A stretch of DNA of 63,331 nt, filler included. It is 4 parts of 4 records of this genome, joined end to end, with 100 filler letters (N's around TTAATTAATTAA, not from the genome) between each part and the next. Parts side by side here need not be neighbours in the genome. Positions count along the whole stretch, not along the records: positions 17,794 to 32,928 come from SRR20825019_2414; 3 more parts are not named here. One strand, 5' to 3'. Positions within the stretch are counted from its first letter, which is position 1. The number at the start of each line of letters is the position of its first letter. The notes beneath the pieces are model-generated. The model worked only from the letters and a program-made list of their open reading frames with translations. It was not told the DNA's origin and ran no database searches. Made by a program: the position numbers and the translations under genes. Positions 20,329 through 29,715 of this stretch are shown here, piece after piece.

Positions 20329-22146
20329 TCAGTCTGTAACGCCGGTCAGGGCGGCGTGATGCCGCAGGAAACGTTCGCTGGTGCTCGTTGGATTCATGCG
20401 TCGGTCGAAGAGGCCGAAGCGCGGGAAATAGCCGCGATCCACGTCGTTCAGCGTGTCGAGAATGATTTCCCCGTCACCGACTTTCGTTGCCGCGTTCAGC
20501 GCATCGACAGCCATCGCTGCCGCATCTTCCCGGCTGCCGCTCAGGGCCGCGGGGTTCGGGCCGCCCATCTTGACCGTCAGGCTGAGAGCAAGGCCGCGCC
20601 GTTTCGTTTCCGTCATGAGCCCATCGATCAGGCTGCACGGGAAAGTTTCGCGTTCTGTCTCGAATACCACACCATCGACATAAGGATCGTCGCCTGCGGT
20701 AAGGCCGAGTGTATCGAGCAGATCCAACTCGTCCGGCGCGAAGCCATGATCAATGACATGGGCAAAGCGCCCGTCGACAGAGTGACTGTGATCGGCCGAG
20801 GAGCGCAGCGGCGAGAGGAAGACCCGAAGGCCGGTCTCCTCGCGCAATGCCCGCAGTTCCTCCCGTGCGCCCAGAACCTCGTCGACCGGCAGGATGATGT
20901 TGACTTGCTCGAGCAGAGTGTTGGCCTCGCGCAGGCGTTTCCTGTTCTCCGGCGAGGGCAGGCGGAAGAGAAATGTGGAGAAGCGGAAGCCGCTCTTGCT
21001 CAGAACTTCCACCCGCGCGCGGCTCACCGGATCGCGAATATCTTCGAACGGAATGCGGAGCCTGGAAAGCCCGGTCTCCCAAAGCGCGAGCAGCCGGTAA
21101 TCATCGCGTGCCGGTTTCCGGCCAAAGGCGTCGACCACGCCTGAATAGGCAATATCGATTGGACACGCCCAGGGATCGCGAAGCTCGACGCCGATTGGCA
21201 GAAGGGCGTCCTGTTTCGGGTGCAGGCGCGGCGGTAGCGGCGTGGAAGGCGCGGGCGCATTCTCGCCTTGGGTCTCACCATGACTCCGGATGTGGTGCAG
21301 CACATGGCCGTGTTCGAATACTTCGATATAGACAAAGCCCAGCTTGGCGGCATCGTTGCGGCCGAATTCGTCGGCTCCGGGCGGCGGAACCTTGAAGAGT
21401 TCCGAATAGTCGAGACGCAGGGCGCTGACCGCAGGCAGGACATAAAGCTCGGTATCGCCGTCCCGCTCGTAGAAGAAGGTGTGGATATGGCCGGACATCC
21501 ACGCTTCAACCTTGTATTTCTGCAGCAGGGCACGCATGCGGCTGCGTCCGGGTTCGGCCGTGTTGTCGTAATGCTCTTCCTCGTCCGGGTCCGACACCCA
21601 GAGCGGTTGGTGGCCGTACAGGAAGAGCCGCATGTCCTTGTGCGCCTCGAGCTGTTCCTCAAGCCAGGCCCATTGCGCTGTCTCGCGCTCGCTGCCGGTG
21701 TTGATGATCTGGCTGTTTACCAGGATGAAATGCACCGGGCCGTGGCTAAAGGCGGCGTAATCGATTCCAAAATGGTCACGATACTGCTCGACGAACGCAT
21801 CGGTGCAGCATTTTGCAGGGGTCCAGATCGCCGGCTTGTCGCCGATATCGTGGTTTCCGGGAACCAGATGAAGCGGCGCTTTCAGCGAGGCAAAAATCTC
21901 GTCGAAGCGTTTGGCGGCGGCGCTGTAGCTGGCTTGGTCAGGCGTCGGGTGGACCATGTCGCCGAGATGGATCACGAAATCAGGCTCAAGCGCGTTGACC
22001 CGGGCGACAGCTGCGCGCGCCCGTTCGTTTGCTAATCCATTCGACTGCCATGGTGAGGGAGTTACGCCGTCCACCGGGCCGATATGGGTGTCGGAAACGA
22101 CCGCGAAGGTGAAGATAGGCTCGTTGCCTGTCGCGCTTTCGCTCAT
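20329..22146 (-). CDS. Calcineurin-like metallophosphoesterase with ~280-aa C-terminal domain of unknown function
   Basis: SDTH, HLGDMVH, PGNHD, GHQP, SGHIH motifs in the N-terminal half; start at ATG 22146. Confidence 0.8.
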   Translation of the reverse strand: MSESATGNEPIFTFAVVSDTHIGPVDGVTPSPWQSNGLANERARAAVARVNALEPDFVIHLGDMVHPTPDQASYSAAAKRFDEIFASLKAPLHLVPGNHDIGDKPAIWTPAKCCTDAFVEQYRDHFGIDYAAFSHGPVHFILVNSQIINTGSERETAQWAWLEEQLEAHKDMRLFLYGHQPLWVSDPDEEEHYDNTAEPGRSRMRALLQKYKVEAWMSGHIHTFFYERDGDTELYVLPAVSALRLDYSELFKVPPPGADEFGRNDAAKLGFVYIEVFEHGHVLHHIRSHGETQGENAPAPSTPLPPRLHPKQDALLPIGVELRDPWACPIDIAYSGVVDAFGRKPARDDYRLLALWETGLSRLRIPFEDIRDPVSRARVEVLSKSGFRFSTFLFRLPSPENRKRLREANTLLEQVNIILPVDEVLGAREELRALREETGLRVFLSPLRSSADHSHSVDGRFAHVIDHGFAPDELDLLDTLGLTAGDDPYVDGVVFETERETFPCSLIDGLMTETKRRGLALSLTVKMGGPNPAALSGSREDAAAMAVDALNAATKVGDGEIILDTLNDVDRGYFPRFGLFDRRMNPTSTSERFLRHHAALTGVTD

Positions 22147-22210
22147 TGAAGGCTCTCTTCCCTGTTGATTTTGCACATTTCGTGAGGTCGCTCTTGACAA
22201 GCGCCTAAGA

Positions 22211-22236
22211 CATTATGTTTTCATAATGACATAATA
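22211..22236. promoter_or_regulatory. Candidate operator: inverted repeat CATTATG-TTTT-CATAATG plus a further CATAAT copy
   Basis: AT-rich patch between divergent phosphoesterase and tctC; TTGACA at 22194-22199. Confidence 0.5.
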
Positions 22237-22295
22237 GGTTAAAATCAAGAACGGCGAAAAACGCCTCTTTCCACACCGTGAACAGGAGTGCTCAC

Positions 22296-23249
22296 ATGTT
22301 TAGAAAGACTTTGGCTGCAGGGGCGCTTGCCCTGACAATGATGACGCCGGCCATCGCGGATGATTTCCCGACGAAACCTGTGGAAATGATCGTGAACTTT
22401 GGTGCAGGCGGCTCGACCGACACGGTCGCCCGACTGCTGGCCGAGAAGATCAAGGCTGAACTCGGTCAGAATGTTGTCGTCTCGAATACGAGTGGTGCAG
22501 GTGGGACCCTTGGCGTTGCGGCGACAGCCGACAAGCCGGCAGACGGTTATCACATAGGCACTGCCAATATGCCGGCTCTGGTCATTCTGCCGCAGTTGCG
22601 CGAGATGCCCTACAAGCTGTCTGACGTGGTTCAGGTCGCTGCCGTGATGCCCTACGATTACGGTATCTTCGCAAAGCTGGATGCGCCCTACGATACCTGG
22701 GAAGAGCTGGTCGCCTATGCCAAGGAGAATCCCGGCGAGGTCACGTATGGCAGTGTCGGTACCGGCACGACCAATCATCTGGTGATGGAGCGGATCGCAA
22801 AGGAAATCGGTATTAGCTGGCGGCATGTGCCCTTCAAAGGCGGCGCCAAGGCTGTCGCGGCACTAGTCGGTGGCCATGTCGATCTCATCAACAATACGAT
22901 CGGGCCGGTTCTGCAGTCGGTCAAGGGAGGCAAGGTCAAGCCGATCCTGGTGACCAGCGCCCGTCCCTTCACACAGATCCCCGATATGCCGGTGATTCTG
23001 GATAAGGGATTTGATTTTGCCCAGCTCTCTTACATGTCGATCATCGCTCCGGCGGGAATTCCGCAAGATGTCCGTACCAAGCTGGAAGCGGCGGTAAAGG
23101 CAGCGGCTGAAGATCCGGAAGTGCTTGCCGCGGCTGCCAAGCTTGATCTCTTTCCTGCCTATATGCCGGGTGCCGAATATGAGGCCAAGCTGATGGAAAT
23201 GGGTGAAGAATGGGGTGTCTTGCTGAAAGAGCTCGGCTTGGTGAAATAA
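22296..23249 (+). CDS. tctC: Tripartite tricarboxylate transporter substrate-binding protein (Bug/TctC)
   Basis: Signal peptide, FPTKPVEMIVNFGAGGSTDTVAR, GAGGTLG, HVPFKGG; AGGAG RBS. Confidence 0.9.
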   Translation: MFRKTLAAGALALTMMTPAIADDFPTKPVEMIVNFGAGGSTDTVARLLAEKIKAELGQNVVVSNTSGAGGTLGVAATADKPADGYHIGTANMPALVILPQLREMPYKLSDVVQVAAVMPYDYGIFAKLDAPYDTWEELVAYAKENPGEVTYGSVGTGTTNHLVMERIAKEIGISWRHVPFKGGAKAVAALVGGHVDLINNTIGPVLQSVKGGKVKPILVTSARPFTQIPDMPVILDKGFDFAQLSYMSIIAPAGIPQDVRTKLEAAVKAAAEDPEVLAAAAKLDLFPAYMPGAEYEAKLMEMGEEWGVLLKELGLVK

Positions 23250-23286
23250 CCAAGACCACGGATCAAACCTGATTGAAGGACAGCTC

Positions 23287-23751
23287 ATGCGCACAATCCA
23301 TTCTGACCTCTGGGTAGGTCTTGGCCTGGGTCTGTTTGCCGGGTTCGTGCTCTGGGCTGTCCGTACCGGGATCGGACCCTTTGATTATGAGGCGTCAATC
23401 CTTCCCGGTATCGGGGCCGGAAGTTTGTTGCTGTTCTCGGCTACTTTGATGGCATCGGCACTTGGCGATGTAAAAGGCCGAGACAGCAGCGATCCCGATC
23501 ATGAGGAGTCGCTTGACGGGCTCCGCCTTCTGCGGCTTGCCGGGGCGGCGGGACTCGTCGGCCTGCATGTCATGCTGCTGGAGAGTTTCGGCATCGTTCT
23601 GGTCGGAATCAGTCTGCAATTCTGTCTCTATCTCTTGCTCGGCCGCCGATTGTTACCTGCTGCGGTGACGTCCGGACTGACTGTTGCCGTGCTCTATGTC
23701 GTGATCGACATGCTGCTCGGTATTCCGCTTCCAAAAGGGGATCTCTGGTAA
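23287..23751 (+). CDS. tctB: TTT small membrane subunit TctB
   Basis: 154 aa, 4-5 TM, C-terminal LGIPLPKG; between tctC and tctA. Confidence 0.8.
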   Translation: MRTIHSDLWVGLGLGLFAGFVLWAVRTGIGPFDYEASILPGIGAGSLLLFSATLMASALGDVKGRDSSDPDHEESLDGLRLLRLAGAAGLVGLHVMLLESFGIVLVGISLQFCLYLLLGRRLLPAAVTSGLTVAVLYVVIDMLLGIPLPKGDLW

Positions 23752-23753
23752 CA

Positions 23754-25262
23754 ATGGACGTATCAATCCTTGGAGTCCTCGCCGACGCCTTTGCCACCGC
23801 TTTGCTCCCTACCAATCTGCTGGCGGTCTGTCTCGGTGTCGCCGCCGGTGTTTTCCTCGGGGCTATTCCGGGGCTTTCGGGAACCATGGCGATTGCGCTG
23901 ATGATCCCGCTGACGTTCCACTGGTCGCCGCTCTTTTCGATCGCGATCCTGATGGGCTGCTGGAAAGGCAGCGTCTTCGGCGGTTCGATCTCCGCCATCT
24001 TGCTGAACACACCGGGCACGCCGGAGGCGGCGCCGACCGCAGCGGACGGCTATCCGCTTGCGCGCCAGGGCAAGGCCATGCAGGCGATGACGATGGCGCT
24101 GGTTGCGTCGGTCGCCGGGGCGTTGTTTTCGGACGGGCTGCTTTTCATCGGTGCGCCCGCGATTTCGGAACTGGCGGTGAAATTCGGCCCGGCCGACCTT
24201 ACCTCGCTGATTCTGATGTCCCTTATCATCGTCTCCGGTACGGGCAGCTCGTCCGTATTGAAGGGCCTGATGGCGACAAGTATCGGTCTCATTCTCGGCT
24301 CGATCGGACTCGACCCGATGACGGCCGAACGCCGTTTGACCTTCGGGTTTCATCATCTCGACCAGGGGCTTGATTTGCTGGCCATGACAATTGGCCTGCT
24401 GGTTCTCTCCGAGGTCTTCGTGCAGTTTCGTGAAATCCTTGCCAACCGTGGTGCAGCGGCTGCACCGGTGCCGACAAAGCTCGGCGGTGTCTGGCTTTCC
24501 TTCCGGGATATCAAGCGTTCCGCTGGCGTGATTTTCCGGTCCAGCATCATTGGGTCGGTGTGCGGGGCGCTGCCTGGTGTCGGCAGTATCACCGCGGCCT
24601 TCATGGGTTACGATCAGGCCAAGGTCACTTCCGGTCATCCGGAAACCTTCGGCAAGGGTGAACTGAAGGGCGTCGCGGCAGCCGAGTCGGCGAATAACGC
24701 AGTTTGCGGCACTGCTTTGGTGCCGATGATCACGCTGGGTATTCCGGGCTCTCTCTCTGTCGCCATCATCATGGGGGCGTTCATGATCCATGGGCTGGCC
24801 CCGGGGCCGCTGCTGATGACGGAGGAGCCGGAATTCGTCTATGCCCTGTTCGCGCTCCTGCTGATCTCCGACATCATGCTGCTCCTTATTCCGTTACCTC
24901 TGCTGCCACTCGCGGCACGGCTCGGTTCCCTGCCGCGCGCCTATCTGTTGCCGCCGATTGCCTTTTTCTGCTTTGTCGGGGCTTTCAGCACCAATCAGAG
25001 CGTATTTGATGTGAAGGTGATGGTGATTTTCGCGTTGATTGGTTATCTCTTCAAAAAATGGGGAATTAGCCCGGCGGCTTTGCTCATCGCGTTCATTCTT
25101 GGTCCGATGGCGGAAGGGAACCTGCGTCTGGCCCTGACCCTGTCGGGCGGTGATGCGTCTGTTTTCGTGACCCGGCCGTTCAGTGCGATTTTTCTGGCTG
25201 TGGCTGTGGCGTCGCTGATCTGGATGAGTGTTCGCCGCCGGAAGTATGTCGAGGCGGGATAA
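23754..25262 (+). CDS. tctA: TTT large permease TctA
   Basis: GAIPGLSGTMAIAL, LNTPGTP, DGYPLARQG, ESANNA, TLGIPGS. Confidence 0.92.
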   Translation: MDVSILGVLADAFATALLPTNLLAVCLGVAAGVFLGAIPGLSGTMAIALMIPLTFHWSPLFSIAILMGCWKGSVFGGSISAILLNTPGTPEAAPTAADGYPLARQGKAMQAMTMALVASVAGALFSDGLLFIGAPAISELAVKFGPADLTSLILMSLIIVSGTGSSSVLKGLMATSIGLILGSIGLDPMTAERRLTFGFHHLDQGLDLLAMTIGLLVLSEVFVQFREILANRGAAAAPVPTKLGGVWLSFRDIKRSAGVIFRSSIIGSVCGALPGVGSITAAFMGYDQAKVTSGHPETFGKGELKGVAAAESANNAVCGTALVPMITLGIPGSLSVAIIMGAFMIHGLAPGPLLMTEEPEFVYALFALLLISDIMLLLIPLPLLPLAARLGSLPRAYLLPPIAFFCFVGAFSTNQSVFDVKVMVIFALIGYLFKKWGISPAALLIAFILGPMAEGNLRLALTLSGGDASVFVTRPFSAIFLAVAVASLIWMSVRRRKYVEAG

Positions 25263-25279
25263 TAAGCGGTCACACAAGA

Positions 25280-26038
25280 ATGACCTTAGGGGATGAAATG
25301 CAAAGACAGCCCGTGACGAGGCTGGGGGACGTGAAACTCTATGGTCTGGTCTGCGACGGTCTCCGCCGGCAGATTCGTTCCGGTGCGTTGAAACCGGGCG
25401 ACCGGCTCCCATCACTTGACCAGCTCGCTGCTGATTTCGGAGTTTCATTGATCACGGTGCGGAAGGCCGTGGAGATCCTTGAGGGCGAGCGTTTGTTGGA
25501 ACGCCAGCAAGGCCGCGGCACGTTTGTCGCGAAGACCGGGGATGCCCGTGAATGGCTTCGTCTCAGCACGACCTGGTCGGACCTGATGCAGGGCTATGCT
25601 GATACGCGGGATCAGATGGAGAACGAGGTACTGAACCTGCGCGAGGATTTGCATCCGACGTTCGCGGGCTGGACAGCAGACGAACTCGCTGAGAGCTATG
25701 TCTTCATGCGGCGGCGTCACCTTGTCGAGGGTTTGGCCTACGCCTATACGGATCTCTATCTTGATCAGGAGCTTTATTACCAGGCGCCCGAGGCCTTTCA
25801 GACTGACATGGTGCTCCGTGTGCTCGGCGGCCTTGAGGGGCTGGAGATTGCCGCCGCGACACAGAGTGTGACCATCGGCAGTGCGCAACCGGAAACAGCC
25901 GGGATCCTCAACCTGATCGTCGGGGCGCCGGTGGGCGAACTGTTGCGTGAAGTAACCAGTGTTGACGGACGGCTGGTCTATCATGGCGAGGTGGTCTATC
26001 GCGGCGACCTGGTCAGGATAGATACGCGGTTGATCTGA
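25280..26038 (+). CDS. GntR (HutC/UTRA) transcriptional regulator
   Basis: LKPGDRLPS..QLAADFGVSLITVRKA...RQQGRGTFV and a UTRA-like C-terminus; start may be 25298. Confidence 0.88.
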   Translation: MTLGDEMQRQPVTRLGDVKLYGLVCDGLRRQIRSGALKPGDRLPSLDQLAADFGVSLITVRKAVEILEGERLLERQQGRGTFVAKTGDAREWLRLSTTWSDLMQGYADTRDQMENEVLNLREDLHPTFAGWTADELAESYVFMRRRHLVEGLAYAYTDLYLDQELYYQAPEAFQTDMVLRVLGGLEGLEIAAATQSVTIGSAQPETAGILNLIVGAPVGELLREVTSVDGRLVYHGEVVYRGDLVRIDTRLI

Positions 26039-26045
26039 TTTCGGT

Positions 26046-26645
26046 CTAGTCGAGCAGTCTCGCCACCTCCGCCCGGAGATAAGGCAGAATTTCGTCTTCG
26101 ATCCACGGGTTTTTCTTCAGGATATTGCCGCTGCGCCAGCTCGGATGCGGCAGTGGAAGATAGAGCGGTGCATAGTCACGCCAGCTCCGGGCGGTTTCCG
26201 TCAGAGTCTTCTTCCGGGCTTTCCCGAGATATTCCTTCTGGGCATACATACCGGCCAGGATGGTCAGCTCGATTTCCGGCATATGGCCGAGCAGTTCCCC
26301 GTGCCATTGCGGCGCGCATTCGGGACGCGGCGGGGCATCGCCTCCATTCGGCAGTACCCCCGGATAGCAGAACCCCATCGGCATGATGGCGATCCGTTCG
26401 GAAGTGTAGAACGTCTCCCGGTCCAGCCCCATCCATTCCCGCAGCCGGTCGCCGGAGCGGTCGTTCCAGGGAATGCCACTCTCATGCACTTTCGTTCCGG
26501 GCGCCTGACCGATGATCAGGATGCGGGCGCCGGGGCGGGGCACGACGACGGGGCGTGGGCCGAGCGGCAGGTGGTCCGCACAGATGCGGCAGGCGGAAAC
26601 GCGTTCCAGCAGGGAGGTTAGCGCGCAGGCAGGCTGTTCAGACAC
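26046..26645 (-). CDS. Uracil-DNA glycosylase family protein (family 4-like)
   Basis: CRIC, IGQAPG, PWNDRSG, GFCYPG, PRPEC, LPHPSWR. Confidence 0.85.
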   Translation of the reverse strand: MSEQPACALTSLLERVSACRICADHLPLGPRPVVVPRPGARILIIGQAPGTKVHESGIPWNDRSGDRLREWMGLDRETFYTSERIAIMPMGFCYPGVLPNGGDAPPRPECAPQWHGELLGHMPEIELTILAGMYAQKEYLGKARKKTLTETARSWRDYAPLYLPLPHPSWRSGNILKKNPWIEDEILPYLRAEVARLLD

Positions 26646-27156
26646 GGTCGAAGCGCCTCCGCTCCCGCTGTCCGCCGCCGAAGATCAGGCGCCAGATCAG
26701 TGACAGCAGGGCGTGCAAGATCCAGGCAAGCAGAATGCCCGCGACGGCGAATCTGGGATCGATGGTCAGTGTCGGACGGTAGGTTTTCCAGGCCGCGGGG
26801 CCGACCACGGGATCAAGCTGCCGGAAAGCAATCCAGGGCCGCAGCATGTAGGGCGCCGTTGCCAGGGCATCGAGGCTTTCATCAAGCTGCCGTGCCCGGT
26901 CGCGCCGGTTCAGCATGTTCGTGGCGCCAGTGCGGATCGCGTCGTCGGGTGACGCCTGATATCGGCCCGCCAGATCCTCGAGGGACATATTGAAGGCGGC
27001 GGCGTCCTCGACATCCTTCCTGTGCGCGGCCATCGCTTCGTCACGGGCCCCGCCGAGGCGTTGTTCATATTCCTGGACGAGCTGCGGCACTTGCGAGCCG
27101 CCGATACCGCCGCCGGCGATCATGGCGATGAGGACCAGGTCACGGAAGATCTTCAT
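26638..27156 (-). CDS. DUF2937-like membrane protein
   Basis: SQVPQLVQEYEQRLGGARDE after an N-terminal TM; C-terminal TM; start re-placed at ATG 27156. Confidence 0.7.
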   Translation of the reverse strand: MKIFRDLVLIAMIAGGGIGGSQVPQLVQEYEQRLGGARDEAMAAHRKDVEDAAAFNMSLEDLAGRYQASPDDAIRTGATNMLNRRDRARQLDESLDALATAPYMLRPWIAFRQLDPVVGPAAWKTYRPTLTIDPRFAVAGILLAWILHALLSLIWRLIFGGGQRERRRFDRV

Positions 27157-27166
27157 CGCGGGCTCC

Positions 27167-28390
27167 CTATGCCGTGTGCCGGAAAGGCCGGCCATGCGGC
27201 ATATCGGTAATGCCAAGGTGCCGGGCCAGACTCTGGCCGACATCGGCGAAACTGGAGTGATGTCCGACCGGCCCGTCAGGGCGTGCCCCGCCGAGAACCA
27301 GAACAGGGACATTCTCGCGGGTATGATCGCTGCCGCGCCAGGTTGGATCACAACCGTGATCGGCGGTGATGACGGCCAGATCCCTCGGGCCGAGCAGCGT
27401 CTCGAATTCCGGCAGGCGCCGGTCGAACGCCTCAAGCGCGGCGGCATATCCGGCCGGATCGCGCCGGTGGCCGAAATGCACGTCGAAATCGACGAAATTG
27501 ACCACGATGAGGCTGTTGTCCCCGGCGTTGCGTGTCTCCGTCAGGAGCAGGTCGAACATCGCGTCATTGTCCGGCGCCTTGACCTCCCGGCCGGTGCCGT
27601 CATGGGCGAAGATATCGCCGATCTTGCCGATGGAGATCACAGCCCCGCCACGGTCGGACTGGCGTTTCAGCAGCGTGGGGGCGGGGGGCAGCACGGAATA
27701 GTCCCGCCGGTTGGCGGTGCGCCGGAAGCTGGCCGGGTCTTCGCCGATGAAGGGGCGGGCGATCACCCGGCCGATATTCAGCGGATCGACAAGCGTGCGC
27801 GACGTCTCGCAGAGGGAGAGCAGCCGGTCGAGCCCGAAATGCTCTTCATGCGCGGCGATCTGCATCACGCTGTCGGCAGACGTATAGATGATCGGCTTGC
27901 CGGTGCGGATATGTTCCGCGCCCAGTTCCTCGATGATGACCGTCCCGCTGGCATGCTTGTCGCCGAGCCAGCCGGGCAGGCCGGCTGCCACCATCAGACG
28001 TTCCATCAGGTCGCGCGGAAAGCAGGGTTCCGTTTCCGGGAAATATCCCCAGTCGAAGCTGACCGGCACACCGGTCAGCTCCCAATGTCCGCTTGGTGTG
28101 TCCTTGCCATGGCTGATCTCGGATGCATAACCCCAGCTTGCATCGGGCGATGCCGCTGTCAGGCCGGGCGCGGGCATTCCCGTACTGGCCTCAAGCGCGC
28201 TTCCAAGCCCGATCCGGCAGAGGTTGGGCAGGGTCAGGGGGCCGGCGCGATGCTCGTTGTCTCCGCGTCCGGCGGCGCAGGCTTCCGCGATATGGCCGAC
28301 CGTGTTCGATCCGGTATCGCCGAATGCCTCTGCATCCGGGGCGCCGCCGATGCCGACGGAATCGAGAACGATGAGGAAGGCCCGGGCCAT
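27167..28390 (-). CDS. deoB: Phosphopentomutase
   Basis: VLDSVGIG, GKDTPSGHWE, YTSADSV, GHRRD, TADHGCDPT, DHTRE. Confidence 0.95.
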   Translation of the reverse strand: MARAFLIVLDSVGIGGAPDAEAFGDTGSNTVGHIAEACAAGRGDNEHRAGPLTLPNLCRIGLGSALEASTGMPAPGLTAASPDASWGYASEISHGKDTPSGHWELTGVPVSFDWGYFPETEPCFPRDLMERLMVAAGLPGWLGDKHASGTVIIEELGAEHIRTGKPIIYTSADSVMQIAAHEEHFGLDRLLSLCETSRTLVDPLNIGRVIARPFIGEDPASFRRTANRRDYSVLPPAPTLLKRQSDRGGAVISIGKIGDIFAHDGTGREVKAPDNDAMFDLLLTETRNAGDNSLIVVNFVDFDVHFGHRRDPAGYAAALEAFDRRLPEFETLLGPRDLAVITADHGCDPTWRGSDHTRENVPVLVLGGARPDGPVGHHSSFADVGQSLARHLGITDMPHGRPFRHTA

Positions 28391-29703
28391 CAGGTGACGA
28401 TCTCGACGATGGGAGAGGTTTCCGCCGCCGCATCGTCGCCTAGGGTAAAGGCTTGCTTCAGTGTTTCAGCCGCACGTGCGGCATCTGCTTCGTTCTTCGC
28501 ATGGATGATGGCGAGCGGGCGTTCGCCATCGGCCAGATCGCCGATCCCGGCGATCTCGGTCAGCCCGACGGAATGGTCGATCCTGTCTTCGGCACGGCGG
28601 CGTCCGCCACCAAGTTCGACAACGGCAAGGCCGACGCGGCGTGTGTCGATTGCCGTGACCGCACCGGGGCGATCGGCATGGACGGCAACAACATGCGGGG
28701 CCTCGGCGAGGGCACTGGTGTCGCGCAATATATGGGTTGGCCCGCCAAGACCGGAGACCATCCGCTCGAACCGTTCAGCGGCAGAGCCTGAAGCCAGGGT
28801 GCCGAGCAGCTTCAGCCCGGCGCTCTCCCGGTCCGGCGCGATGCCGCCGGTGACCAGCATTTCCGCGCCGAGGGCGATAACGACATCGTGCAGCCGCTCG
28901 TCCCGCCGCTCGCCGGTCAGGTAATCGATGGTCTCCCGCACTTCCACGGCATTTCCGGCGCTGTGGCCGAGCACCTGGTTCATGTCGGTGATAACGGCAG
29001 TGGTCGGCAGACCGGCACCGTTCGCCACATCGACGATGGAACGGGCAAGGGCGCGAGAGCCGTCGAGGGTTTCCATAAAGGCGCCGGAGCCGGTCTTCAC
29101 GTCCATGGCGAGGCCCGAGAGCCCGGCGGCGAGCTTCTTGGAAAGGATCGAGGCGGTGATCAGCGGAATGGATTCGACCGTTGCCGTCACGTCCCGCACG
29201 GCATAGAAGCGCCGGTCCGCCGGGGCGAGGTCTTCTGTCTGTCCGATGACGGCACACCCGGCCTGTTCGACCACCTTGCGAAAGCGGGAGAGTGCCGGCG
29301 CGGTATCGTAGCCCCGGATTGAATCCAGTTTGTCCAGGGTGCCGCCGGTATGGCCAAGCCCGCGTCCGGAGATCATCGGCACGAAACCGCCAGCCGCCGC
29401 GACCATCGGTGCCAGCATCAGGCTGACCTTGTCGCCGACACCGCCGGTTGAATGCTTGTCCAGCACCGGGCCGCCGAGCGCATCCGCATCCCAGTCGATC
29501 ACGGTGCCGCTGTCCCGCATGGCAAGCGTGAGGGCGACGGTCTCTTCGGTATTCATGCCGTTCAGGAAGACGGCCATGCCGAAGGCGGCGATCTGTGCCG
29601 GGCTCGCTTCGTCTCTGGCAATGCGCTCGACGAAAGTCGCGATCTCGGTCTGCGAGAGAGCGGCGCGGTCACGCTTCTTGCGGATGATTTCCTGGGTCAG
29701 CAT
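28390..29703 (-). CDS. deoA: Thymidine phosphorylase
   Basis: DKHSTGGVGDK, SGRGLGHTGGTLDKL, ASILSKKLAAGL. Confidence 0.95.
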   Translation of the reverse strand: MLTQEIIRKKRDRAALSQTEIATFVERIARDEASPAQIAAFGMAVFLNGMNTEETVALTLAMRDSGTVIDWDADALGGPVLDKHSTGGVGDKVSLMLAPMVAAAGGFVPMISGRGLGHTGGTLDKLDSIRGYDTAPALSRFRKVVEQAGCAVIGQTEDLAPADRRFYAVRDVTATVESIPLITASILSKKLAAGLSGLAMDVKTGSGAFMETLDGSRALARSIVDVANGAGLPTTAVITDMNQVLGHSAGNAVEVRETIDYLTGERRDERLHDVVIALGAEMLVTGGIAPDRESAGLKLLGTLASGSAAERFERMVSGLGGPTHILRDTSALAEAPHVVAVHADRPGAVTAIDTRRVGLAVVELGGGRRRAEDRIDHSVGLTEIAGIGDLADGERPLAIIHAKNEADAARAAETLKQAFTLGDDAAAETSPIVEIVT

Positions 29704-29715
29704 GGCGGCAGTGTC

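Noticed and set aside
26990..28924. 644-aa plus-strand ORF (likewise 31231-32808 and 772-2172)
   Set aside because: Antisense shadows of deoB/deoA, the ABC permeases and the lyase
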